Positions 12,915 to 22,865 of a DNA stretch of 64,000 nucleotides are shown here, one piece after another. This stretch comes from Macrostomum lignano (lineage: Eukaryota), in contig NIVC01000414.1 in NCBI GenBank assembly GCA_002269645.1, positions 248,001 to 312,000 of the forward strand, read 5' to 3'. The notes below the pieces were generated by a model. The model did not search any database and was not told the DNA's origin. It saw only the letters and a list, made by a program, of their open reading frames with translations. Position numbers and translations under genes: made by a program. Every line of letters starts with the position of its first letter. The stretch's first letter is position 1.

Positions 12915-13130
12915 TTTATTGCGTAACCAAATTGCTAACTTTAATAGAGACTCATACTGACTTGCCTGAGAAATTGATTGTCATAACTGACTTGGTGTGA
13001 GTGTTGAATTATAAGTGCTACAAATTCATTTATAAATTCGATGAGAGCTAGCCTAGAAGTGAACACACTGGACTGCTAATGCAGCGACCTGGGTTCGAAT
13101 CTTAGTAGTGTAAATTTTTTATTAAAACTT
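12915..13130 (+). repeat. Left copy of a diverged inverted repeat of about 220 bp containing a tRNA-like segment (partner at 28930-29160)
   Basis: Shares ttgctaact, ctgagaaattgatt, ttgaattataag and an identical gcgacctgggttcgaatcttagtagtg with the reverse complement of 28930-29160; GTTCGAATC is B-box/T-loop-like. Confidence 0.75.
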
Positions 13131-13154
13131 TTTATTAGCGGACTATAATTTACC

Positions 13155-14045
13155 AAGCACTTGATAAGCCAAGGATTATTGCACTTGATAAGCCAAGGAT
13201 TATTGCACTTTATAAGCCAAGGATTATTGCACTTTATAAGCCAAGGATTATTGCACTTTATAAGCCAAGGATTATTGCACTTGATAAGCCAAGGATTATT
13301 GCACTTGATAAGCCAAGGATTATTGCACTTTATAAGCCTAGGATTACTGCACTTTATAAGCCTAGGATTACTGCACTTGATAAGCCAAGGATTATTGCAC
13401 TTGATAAGCCAAGGATTACTGCACTTGATAAGCCAAGGATTATTGCACTTGATAAGCCAAGGATTATTGCACTTTATAAGCCAAGGATTATTGCACTTTA
13501 TAAGCCAAGGATTATTGCACTTTATAAGCCAAGGATTATTGCACTTTATAAGCCAAGGATTATTGCACTTTATAAGCCAAGGATTATTGCACTTTATAAG
13601 CCAAGGATTATTGCACTTTATAAGCCAAGGATTATTGCACTTTATAAGCCAAGGATTATTGCACTTTATAAGCCAAGGATTATTGCACTTTATAAGACAA
13701 GGATTATTGCACTTTATAAGCCAAGGATTATTGCACTTGATAAGCCAAGGATTATTGCACTTTATAAGCCAAGGATTACTGCACTTGATAAGCCAAGGAT
13801 TATTGCACTTGATAAGCCAAGGATTATTGCACTTTATAAGCCTAGGATTACTGCACTTTATAAGCCTAGGATTACTGCACTTGATAAGCCAAGGATTATT
13901 GCACTTGATAAGCCAAGGATTACTGCACTTGATAAGCCAAGGATTATTGCACTTTATAAGCCAAGGATGACTGCACTTGATAAGCCAAGGATTACTGCAC
14001 TTGATAAGCCAATGATTACTGCACTTGATAAGCCAAGGATTCTAG
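13155..14045. repeat. 27-bp tandem array (ataagccaaggattattgcactt[t/g]), about 33 copies, abutting the truncated 5' end of PolB
   Basis: Direct reading; it produces the spurious ISQGLLHF ORF. Confidence 0.95.
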
Positions 14046-14134
14046 CTTAGAAAGGGACTCTGGCACTAGCTGACAAATCAATTTTTGCACTTGATGAGTA
14101 AAGGATTATTGCACTAGATGAGAAGAGGATTATT

Positions 14135-17100
14135 GTGCTAGCTGAGGCATGGATTATTACACCATCCACGAACGAGAACTCAGCTGGTGGTCATTGGTGT
14201 GCTGTCTCGAACATCAACAGATTGTTGAACAGTAAAGCCCACCTGTACCAGCGAAAGTGGTGTGAGCGATGTCTGCTGTCATTTCACACTAGCAAGGCGT
14301 TCGATGAGCACTGTGAAGATGTCTGTGAGCCTGGTGGGATTTTTGTACAGGAAGAACTTCCGGATGAAGATCACAATGTACTTCGGTTTACGGCGTGGGA
14401 AAAGACAATCAGCCCACCATTCATTGTGTACGCCGACTTCGAGGCATTGAATGCACCTCACACAGGGCAGCAGACTGAAGCTGGTTCGAGCACTGTAAAG
14501 CTGACAGAGCATGTTGCCGTTGCTGCTGGTTACTTGGTGGTGCACCGAGCAGGCCTCACAAGGTTATCACCTATAGGAGTCGACAATGATGTTAACATAT
14601 TTGTGAGTGAAAATCCGAAAAAGTGTGTTTCTGACTTCTTGCAGTCCCTTGAACAGCTAGCTCGAGAGGTTTATGGCTGGAACACGGAGTTCAGTCATCA
14701 GACGGCTATTAGAACGGAGGCTGCAAAGCAACGCTTCCGCGACGCTATATCGTGTCACTACTGCGGAAGCGGCTTTGATAGTGAAAGCGGAAAGCACTGG
14801 GATCATGATCACCTCAGTGGCGAATTCCGAGGTGCAGCCTGTGCTCAGTGCAACATGCAGGCTCGTCTAAAAAGGCGCTTTCTTCCTGTGGTTTTCCACA
14901 ATCTAAAAGGCTATGATCTTCATCTCATTATGTCAACGGCTTTGGATCTCATGGATGGATGGAGGATTTCGGTTATTCCACAGAATCCTGAGCAGTTTGT
15001 TTCAATGAAAGTTGACTTCAAAATCGATGAGTACGAGAGGGGAGGAAAGACTAAGCCATTGTTCTTTACCATTCAATTCATTGATTCTAACCAATTTCTC
15101 AACGCCAGCTTGGCTCAGCTGATCAAGAACCTGCCAGAAGAAGAGTGCACCATCACTAGCCTGCTAAAAAGTAAGTTTCCACTGTTGTCTCCAGAAGTTT
15201 TATTCAGAAAATGCACTTTTCCGTACGACTACTTAACTAATTCAAATGTCCTTGAGGATACCGAGCTGCCTAGTAAAGAACAATTCTACAACGTTCTGAC
15301 TAAAAGCCACTGCAGTGATGAGGATTACAGGCATGCACAGAAAGCATGGCACGAATTCCAAGTTAAAACGCTGAAAGAGTACATGCTGTGCTACCTTGAG
15401 CTTGACATTCGGCAGCTCGCCGATGTCTTTGAAAATTTTCGCAAGCTCAGCCTTCGTGATGATGGCCTTGATCCGGTGCATTTCGTTTCAACCCCGGGAT
15501 TATCTTTTGCTTGAGCACTGAAGTCTCTCAAATCCAGAATCGAGCTGATTACGGATTCGCAAATGTATGCAACATTCGAGCGCGGTATTCGCGGTGGCAT
15601 GTCATTTGTGAACATACACAGAGTGTCAGCCAACTCTCCAGATATTAGAAAAAATTTGGAAGCAGCTGACAATCAGACTATCTGCAATGACAATGATGAT
15701 GATGATGATGATGACTGTCACGACGAGGGCGCTGATCAAGCTGTTCCTACCGAGCTTCTAGCAGTAGATGCTAACAACCTTTACGGTCAAGCTCTTACCA
15801 TGAACTTACCTGCAAATGGATTTCGCTGGCTTTCCGAAGATGAGCTACAGCTGTGGACCGAGGATCGTATCCGAGGGCTCAAAATCTCAGATCCAATTGC
15901 TTATCTGCTCGATGTCGATCTTCTATATCCAGCAGAGATACATTCCACCACTGAAGATTTGCCTTTTGCACCAGAAAAAGAAGCACCAAAATTCAAAGAA
16001 TTTCCTGCCTACATGCAACAGCTTTGGAGGCAGATTACTGGAGACAAAGCAGCCTATCGTTCGGCAGAAAAACTTCTGCTCACCTGCCATGACAAGCAGA
16101 GTTATGTGCTTCATTCGGCTATCTTGGCATTCTACTTGAGCCATGGAATGAAAATCAAACGAATTAATCGAATGATTGAGTACAAACAGGAGCCGATATT
16201 TGCTGACTATGTTAACATGAACAGCGTGAAAAGAGCTGCTGCGACAAACAGCTTCGAGAAAGACTACTACAAACTAAAAAACAATGCGCTCTTCGGAAAA
16301 ACAATGGAAAACGTGCGTAAGCGACGTGACATTCGGATTTGCACCAACACTGCAAAAGCAAAGGTGCTGGCTTCAAAACCATCCATTAAGAACTTTATCA
16401 TAATTACCGACTCACTGAGCATAATTGAATTCCAGAAGACTAAGGTCAAGCTTGATCGTCCGATTTTTATTGGCCAGTGTGTTCTTGACTATTCGAAGCT
16501 AATCATGTACGAGTTATTCTACGACAAATTGAAGCCTTGGCTTGAGCAAGAGGGTGCCCGTGTTCGGCTCTGTGGTGGAGACACCGACTCGCTCTTTCTT
16601 TGCATTCAGAATATGGATGTGCAGTCGGAAGTTCTTCCACTGCTAAAAGCAAAGAAACTCCTTGACACTTCCAACTATTCACCTGAGCACCCGCTGTTCT
16701 CAAATGAATTGAAAGCTCGCCTCGGTTGCATCAAGGACGAAGGAGCTGGAGCTCGCTATCTCGAATGGTTGCTTTTGAGACCAGAGCTGTATTCCTTTCT
16801 CGCTAGCACTGCAACTGCTGAAAAGAAAAAAGCCAAAGGCATTCAAGGATGTGTCGTCAAGAAGGAGATTGCGCAGAGTGATTACTTGAGAGTCTTCAAT
16901 GATCTGAGCAGCATGTCCGTCATCATCCACAGGATCGCTAGCATCCAACACAGGCTATTCACGCTGCAGCAGCGAAAGTGTGCCTTAAGCATTTGGGAGG
17001 ACAAGCGCGCTTGGCTGGCACCGAGCTACAGTCTCCCGTTTGGCCATTTCCAACTTCTTCATCCGGAGTCGTCGCAGCTGCAACAGCACGTGAATGCTAC

Positions 17101-17149
17101 AGCCTCCCGAAAGCGGCGCCGGGAAGAAGACCACGAATTTAATAAGTGA
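14135..17149 (+). pseudogene. Protein-primed family B DNA polymerase (pPolB) of element 1; 5'-truncated, one in-frame TGA at 15512-15514
   Basis: Exo I VYADFE; Endonuclease-VII-like CHYC..HDHLSGEFRGAACAQCN; FHNLKGYD; motif A VDANNLYG; motif B KLKNNALFGK; motif C GGDTDS. ORFs 14135 and 15563 are in the same frame. Confidence 0.92.
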
Positions 17150-17877
17150 CTGAGTATAACTTTTTATCACACGGCCTCTACACATTTTATTCTGAATATT
17201 TAGTCTTTGATTTCTTCAAACATATACTCGCCTTTATCCGTTTAAATTATATGCTGTCTCAATTTTGCTATCTCAGATAGAAGAAGTTGCAGCAATTTGC
17301 CTCCCCTGTTTCACCATAATTTTAGTGTCTTTTTGAACTTTTTGTCTGAAGTCTTAATGCTAGCTATTAATTTATTAGTAATTTTATTTCAGTACCTTAA
17401 AACTGCACGATTTCTACTCGTAATATTAAATTGCAAAGTCAGTAAATTTAATGTGCTGAAATTTTTATTGCTAAGTTTTATGTTCATTTGTTACTTTTTT
17501 AACATGATGCTAAAACATTTCTTTGCATTGCTTTTGTTGAAATTTCTTGCCTATACTAGTAATTTTGCGGTCCAGTTACATGTATGAGTGTCAGTCGAGT
17601 TTGATTAATTAATTTCTTCATTCACGTGTATCAATCTAAGCAATTTCGCTTTTGGCAGAACCTTTTTGGAATGGGTTCTATGCCCTTTTTCTGTTTTTGT
17701 GAGGGAGAGATCTGATTACACGTTTTAGCTCCCATTTTTCAATTATTCTATGCTCATTTCACCTTTAATTTTTTAGTTAAAACTTATTTTTTAAAATAAA
17801 AATAAATAATTTAAAGATGCGGTTTTCCGTAATGAATTTACGTAAACATTCAAGAACAAACGGAACACACTTTTTGT

Positions 17878-18468
17878 TTATTTTTGATAGGTGATAAACT
17901 GGCTGATTAAACTATGCAACGTAGAAAGGTCGAAGCGCAACATGCTCATAGATTTTGCTCCACTAAGAACAAAAGAACCAGTATGAAATAACAAGCATTT
18001 ACAATAACGTAATGTAGAAATTAGAGCAGAGAACGACTCGGGCTCATACTCAGCGTAAGACAGTATGCCAGAGGCAGCAAGATTTGCGAGGGACAAAGCA
18101 TTGCAGAAGTTAAATTTACCATGAGCAGTAATAGTTTTAATCCGAACACAAATGGCTTGAGGAGGCAGCAGTTGAGCTGGCACTCTCCGATGCAGCATAG
18201 CCACGAAGCGACGGGCAGCCCTTTTGGCGTCTGCGTGGGTCTTGGCACCGCAGATGCTCAGTTGCCCAGTAGGGTAGAGTAGCAGAGTCACTCTGGGACT
18301 TCGCATCCGCTTGATGAGCACCCGGGGCCAGACGGGCCGGTAGATCACATGAGCCATGCTGAGAGCCAGTTCCCGTAGAGGCAGCTGAGTGCCCCTGCCA
18401 CCATCCAGTCTCAGATCTACTCCGCCAACCAGATTGGTCACTCTTAGGGCTGTAGCTGGTGGGCTCAT
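17878..18468 (-). CDS. TATA-binding protein (TBP)-like protein encoded by the Polinton (about 196 aa from ATG 18468; frame open further upstream)
   Basis: Two TBP repeats: IYRPVWPRVLIKRMRSPRVTLLLYPTGQLSICGAKT..AKRAARRF and YEPESFSALI..CLLFHTGSFVLSGAKS, matching the TBP consensus [35 protein letters not shown] and YEPELFPGLIY..LLIFVSGKVVLTGAK. Intronless and uninterrupted. Confidence 0.88.
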   Translation of the reverse strand: MSPPATALRVTNLVGGVDLRLDGGRGTQLPLRELALSMAHVIYRPVWPRVLIKRMRSPRVTLLLYPTGQLSICGAKTHADAKRAARRFVAMLHRRVPAQLLPPQAICVRIKTITAHGKFNFCNALSLANLAASGILSYAEYEPESFSALISTLRYCKCLLFHTGSFVLSGAKSMSMLRFDLSTLHSLISQFITYQK

Positions 18469-18499
18469 TTCGATCGTCAACTTCTTCACCAAATCTGCT

Positions 18500-18988
18500 T
18501 CTGCCAACTTTACTGCTCGTGTGCCATGGACACTGCTCGCTTCTTAAGTTGATGCAGAACTTTGGCTTAAGCCAACTGTAGTGCAGCAACGAATTTCTCA
18601 CTGCACAGCCAGTATCTGAATCTTCAGTCGAGGGTGCTCCCAAATCTTCAAGGTTATAAACCTGTCTACCAAGCAGCTCAGTCAGGAAAATAGACTTCCT
18701 TTCCCCATTTGTCCAGATCGGACCACTGGCAATCCTCAGAATGTCTTCCGCCAGTTCCATGTACGGACGGGTTCCATCATTCCACTTAAACTGGTGCAGA
18801 CTCTTTGATAGCTGTCTGTAGCAAACTCGCATGTCAGGTGAGACTCTCTCCCATGGATACGGAGGTGCGTACACATGGTGAGCAATGCGGTAGCTCCCCG
18901 CTCTGATTTGAACAACTGCCAACTCCTTCACAACAAATTTTTTGCTTGTGCTGTTGCACGGGAATCCTTGGAAGTCAATGTAGTTCAT
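18500..18988 (-). CDS. Conserved Polinton accessory protein, DnaQ/DEDD-exonuclease-like fold (likely degenerate); true 3' end uncertain
   Basis: IDFQGF..FVVKELA..H..APPYPW..HQFKWNDG..Y..NLEDLGAPS; homologous to 34611-35021 (IDFKGF..FVIKEIA..HSLDWD..YDL). The fold assignment is from memory of this family and is tentative. Confidence 0.55.
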
Positions 18989-19016
18989 GATGCAGCTTTC
19001 CCTCGAAATTTCGGAG

Positions 19017-19709
19017 TCAGTCCACCTTCTTATATACTTTTCTTCCAGGCAGTTTCAGCCAGGCTGTGTTGCTCCCGTACCCCTTGACTAGACTCTCCTG
19101 TTCTTTCTCCAGTTCACCCCCTCTGGTGGTTGCCATTTTCTTCTTAACTGATTTACCAATAGCAGAAAGCGGAACATTAAGCTTTTTCTGCTGCAGCAAA
19201 TCGATGAACTCGTTCCACCCAACTGGTTCACGCTCACATGACGAATCCCTCACTGCGTGCTGAATCAAGTCCAGTATGTTTGAGGAAGGGATTGACGTGC
19301 CTGCGATTTCCACCTCTCCGTTTTCACAAACTCCAATCAGCTCTGGATTGGTGGACAGGATCGTCCATAGACTGCGAGCCCTGGTTTTGAATTTCTGTGG
19401 CACCGACTTGCTGATCTTCTCTTCCCAGGTGTTCATCTGGGGTGTCTCTGTTTTCATCAACTTGGCTTCAGTATTTCGTGATCCTTCTTTTCCAGCGTGC
19501 TTGCGCTTGGCCAGCAAACTTTGCATTGCACTTTGATACATGGTGGTTTTCACATCTTCTGGATAATCCTCGGCATACAAGATATCATCGCATTTCTTCT
19601 GAGCCTGCTTCAAGTCAGCGTCAGTGCTAGTCTCATTTGGCTTCAAATTCTGCACCAACATCTCATACTCTGCTTTAGGAATCAGAACCATTTCTGAAAA
19701 TTTGTTCAT
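19017..19709 (-). CDS. Conserved uncharacterised Polinton protein (230 aa)
   Basis: EMVLIPKAEYE...GEVEIAG..IPSSNILDLIQH..EPVGWNEF..NVPLSAIG, clearly homologous to 35000-35601 (EMILVPRLQYE...EVSVNGKPLYNSNIVDLLH..PNGINEF..HVPLSAVG). Confidence 0.75.
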   Translation of the reverse strand: MNKFSEMVLIPKAEYEMLVQNLKPNETSTDADLKQAQKKCDDILYAEDYPEDVKTTMYQSAMQSLLAKRKHAGKEGSRNTEAKLMKTETPQMNTWEEKISKSVPQKFKTRARSLWTILSTNPELIGVCENGEVEIAGTSIPSSNILDLIQHAVRDSSCEREPVGWNEFIDLLQQKKLNVPLSAIGKSVKKKMATTRGGELEKEQESLVKGYGSNTAWLKLPGRKVYKKVD

Positions 19710-20013
19710 TTTGCTTCTTCTTTTTTACCAGCTTAAGCAGAATCGGGAGTATTTTAATGAAGCCAGCCTTCAACAAGTCTATCTTTCTTCTCTGCTGAGT
19801 AATTTTTCGAATTATCTCTTTTGACTTTGCAAGAATAGCTTTTTCATCGATCGAAAACGATAAATTGTTTTGTAAGAGATTATGGCAGGCCTCGACAAGA
19901 AAATACCGCACTTCTTTTGGACAATTTTTTATCAACAGCCGCTTGAAGCGCACGGTATATTTAGGTGACGCAAGAACCGCAAAAAGACTTGCATGTGAAT
20001 CAAGCACTTCCAT
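19675..20013 (-). CDS. Small basic conserved Polinton protein (112 aa)
   Basis: LIKNCPKEVRYFLVEACHNLL...LPILL; a homologous remnant lies at 35561-35851 (ILTYANKSTICFLIECIINLL...LPLIF). Confidence 0.7.
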   Translation of the reverse strand: MEVLDSHASLFAVLASPKYTVRFKRLLIKNCPKEVRYFLVEACHNLLQNNLSFSIDEKAILAKSKEIIRKITQQRRKIDLLKAGFIKILPILLKLVKKKKQNEQIFRNGSDS

Positions 20014-20055
20014 AGCGATGAAAACAATAGCCGATAAAAAACAAGCTTCACTTTC

Positions 20056-20653
20056 TTAAGCAAATACAAGATGGGGTCGCTGGTTGGGCAGAATTCTGGC
20101 CCGCACTCGCAGCTCATCGGGAGTTGATGGGTGAAAGTCTAGGAACAGGTAGGCTCCCCTGTTTTGCGCGGTTACGTGCTTGAACACTGACAGCAAAAAG
20201 CCGGGCTTCTCTGTAAAGCACTGCCTGCCCAGTGCTGCAATCTGCAGCTGGTCTCGGGGGTTTTTCAAGATAGCTAAGTACATTACATTTAAGCTCATTG
20301 TTCGCGACTCTTTTCCCTTGAAAAATATATTCTGAGTCAGCATCACCAAGAAGCACGGCAAGTGATGTGCGATTCCTGTGAAAAAAATTTCGCATTGAAG
20401 CAGAGTTTGAAGTTTCCTCTATTAAGTCATCGAAAACAACCAGGTCATTGGGCCTAAGTGCTGCCTCGATGTTGGTGGGAAATCCCTGGCGCAGCTGCAC
20501 ACCTAGGCTGCTCAGTTCTGCATGGCCTGCCTGTGAGATCCCATAGTACCACAGAACTCTATCAGGCTTCACATCAAACATGACGTCTCTGTACTGGATC
20601 AGGTGTTTGACAAAGGTTGTTTTTCCTGCATTGGTGGGCCCGCAGACAATCAT
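20056..20653 (-). pseudogene. A32/FtsK-like packaging ATPase of element 1, frameshifted in a T-run near 20380
   Basis: Walker A GPTNAGKT, Walker B LVVFDDL; the second frame gives HHLPCFLVMLTQN..SLNVMYLAILKNPRD..YLFLDFHP. Confidence 0.9.
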
Positions 20654-20727
20654 GCAGCTTCCCTGTCTGAGGCGGATATCGTAGCAAACTCACTTTTCTC
20701 CCATGTCGAATGCATAAATATTAGAAA

Positions 20728-21237
20728 TCACGCACATCTTTTTCTTAAGTTGGCTTCAAACCTCTGTAAGATTCTATCATTCAAATGATTTTTTTCATTA
20801 GCATGCAAATGCTTCAAAATCCCCTCAAATGACCGATTGAACAGAAACTTTTGATAAGCAAAATAGATGCAAAACACTCCGCATTTATTAGAGTTAGCAC
20901 ATTGAAATCTGTTTATATTGCTTCGGAGCCAAAAGCCAGTTGTTTTAATCTCTCGAAACAAATTATAAACCACAGATAAAATTTCAGGTTCCCAGCCGAG
21001 GGAGTTGAACAACTCAATGGAATTTCCTTGCCCAGCAGAGCACACCACCCAATGACCAAATGAACCATTGTGCTGTAGTAGAACAAAAACAAACTTATTT
21101 TCAAGGGAAATTGATCGATATTTTCTTTTTAGACTCAAAGGCAAAACATTTTTATAGCGTGAATGTAAAGTAATGATGAGAAATTTTCGGCAAGACAAAA
21201 ATTTTCTGGCGAGATGGAGTAGTTGAATTGCGTCCAT
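20728..21237 (-). CDS. Adenain/Ulp1-like cysteine protease of element 1
   Basis: GHWV, FNSLG and Q..SNKCGVFC motifs; positioned between MCP and ATPase. Confidence 0.85.
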   Translation of the reverse strand: MDAIQLLHLARKFLSCRKFLIITLHSRYKNVLPLSLKRKYRSISLENKFVFVLLQHNGSFGHWVVCSAGQGNSIELFNSLGWEPEILSVVYNLFREIKTTGFWLRSNINRFQCANSNKCGVFCIYFAYQKFLFNRSFEGILKHLHANEKNHLNDRILQRFEANLRKRCA

Positions 21238-21242
21238 GCCAA

Positions 21243-22050
21243 TTAAGAGGAATAGTCCAGCAAAAGCTCCCGGTGCTTGGTGACCTCAATCAGCGAGTCA
21301 TACAGGCACATAGCAATCAGAGACACCGCTTCATTCAGTGCCTGTTGGAAGCGAATCTCCAGCCGCAGGTTGCCCTCCTTCTGTCCGTACCACAGAGCCG
21401 CTCCCTCGGGTGTGAGATCGAATGCAAACACCGTGCTGTTGTTGGAGAAGAGCTGGTAGGGGATCCACGGGACCGAATTGCTTGCAGATTGACAGCTTTT
21501 CATGTAGTGTAAGTATTCTCTTACAAAGGAATTGTTTTCAGGTGTGAAGGCACCGTGGCACACGGTTTCCCCACCTTTCTTTAGAGCTAACCGGCTGAGT
21601 TTGAAGCTCTGGAACTGGAACGGGCTCGCGTGATGATGACCGTTGAATGCACGGTGGCTCACGGAGGCCAGCATGATGAACTTCGGCAATTTTCCATGAG
21701 TGAATCCTTCAATGTTTTTAGATTGGATGCCCTGGGGTAGGATGAAGTTCTGCATTTCAGTTCGCTCGATGGGATACAGTGCATTTTGGTTTGTCAGCCC
21801 CTGCTCATGGGCCAGGCTGATGTGGGGCACCACTTTGACTCGGCGAAGATGCAGAATGCTGTGAGAGATTTCCATGCGATATGCCGCGTTGTTTGCATTC
21901 GGGCTTCTGATGGCAAAGGCCCCATCGCTGGGCACCAGTTTGATGTGCAAGTGCAGATTGCTTAGCAGAAACACTGGGCACTGGAAAACATCGCTGAAGA
22001 GCGGCCCCGCATACTCCATCCATCGGGATTCCCTGTGGCTCTCCGTGTGC
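21243..22050 (-). pseudogene. Major capsid protein (double jelly-roll), C-terminal about 60%; N-terminus deleted
   Basis: YAGPLFSDVF, RRVKV, LYPIER, AFNG..SPFQFQ, FAFDLTP and GNLRLEIRF..AL..V..I, colinear with MCP2 at 36866-38104. Matches the Maverick MCP family often auto-annotated as F54H12.2-like. Confidence 0.88.
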
Positions 22051-22053
22051 TCT

Positions 22054-22782
22054 TCAGCTGCCGAGTTCGGCTCCAGGAAGCCTGCGCAGCGGATATGGCT
22101 GCTTGCGCTTCCTGACGTTCTCGAACGCAGCTGCTTCAGCCCGGAAGCGATACCAGACTGGGTCCTGCAGCAAATCCGAATCCTGCTTTGGGATAAAGCC
22201 AGCTGCAGCACTTGTCACCGGTAGAGGCGTTGATGTGACCACTTCATCGTCGATGCGCAGAGTGCTTGATTGGACGCCCTCATTCTCAGTCTTCGCAAGC
22301 CGCACGATGTCGTCCTTGTTGCTGTTGTCATCATCATCACCGTTGCTCTCGCTCGAAGATCCCGACTCCAGCTCATACACATCAGAAATTTGGCGTGGGG
22401 CAGACAGCTGCTCGTCGATCCATGCAGCCTGCTCCCACAGTTTTCGCCACAGAGCTGGTGCCAACGCCACAGTGTTTCGCTTCAAAAATTCTTCGCAGCA
22501 ATCTTCTGGAAGCCGTCTTAGCCAGATGATGCCGTTCTTAACCTCAACAAACTTATCAAAACCGAGTTTGATGATCCTCTGTTGCCCGCCTAGGGCCGCC
22601 TTCACGAGAGTTCGCTTCAGTTCTTTCAACTTCTCCCATTGTCGGATGTTGAGGTTAAATCCGGGAACGCCAGGTTTTAAACTTGCTGTGCTGCCATGTC
22701 GATAAAATTTCCGAATCGCAATAAACTGTACTCCTTCATACTCTTGTACTTGAAGTTTGTAGCCTTCTCCAATATCGACCAT
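22054..22782 (-). CDS. PC4/SUB1-like ssDNA-binding/transcription co-activator protein with two tandem PC4-like domains and an acidic tail; C-terminus probably at a deletion junction
   Basis: VDIGEGYKLQVQEYEGVQFIAIRKFY..KPGVPGFNLNIRQWEKLKE matches the PC4 pattern (V.V.EF.G...IDIR.YY..PG.KGI.L...QW..L). Second weaker copy IKLGFDKFVEV..IWLRR..NTVALAPALWRKL. Confidence 0.8.
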   Translation of the reverse strand: MVDIGEGYKLQVQEYEGVQFIAIRKFYRHGSTASLKPGVPGFNLNIRQWEKLKELKRTLVKAALGGQQRIIKLGFDKFVEVKNGIIWLRRLPEDCCEEFLKRNTVALAPALWRKLWEQAAWIDEQLSAPRQISDVYELESGSSSESNGDDDDNSNKDDIVRLAKTENEGVQSSTLRIDDEVVTSTPLPVTSAAAGFIPKQDSDLLQDPVWYRFRAEAAAFENVRKRKQPYPLRRLPGAELGS

Positions 22783-22857
22783 TATTAATTAGTTATTACG
22801 ATGTAACGGAGCGAGAATTTCAAAAAATTTTATTTTTTGTGAAAACAAATTTTCTGG

Positions 22858-22865
22858 TTTATATA
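22858..22865 (-). promoter_or_regulatory. Candidate TATA box (TATATAAA) about 76 nt upstream of the PC4 ATG
   Basis: Plus-strand tttatata at 22858-22865; heads the leftward gene cluster. Confidence 0.4.

Noticed and set aside
13050-13110. Functional tRNA-Ser(GCT) gene
   Set aside because: Only anticodon-like and T-arm-like parts are recognisable; acceptor and D stems do not form. Treated as a tRNA-like repeat.
17160-17760. Minus-strand frame that looks protein-like if TAA/TAG are read as Gln (alternative code or C-to-T decay)
   Set aside because: AT-rich spacer; TGA stops are also present and no motif is recognisable. Chance is sufficient.
17878-18468. Host TBP/TRF gene
   Set aside because: Intronless, lacks an N-terminal extension, far too divergent for a cellular TBP, and embedded co-directionally in the Polinton cluster.
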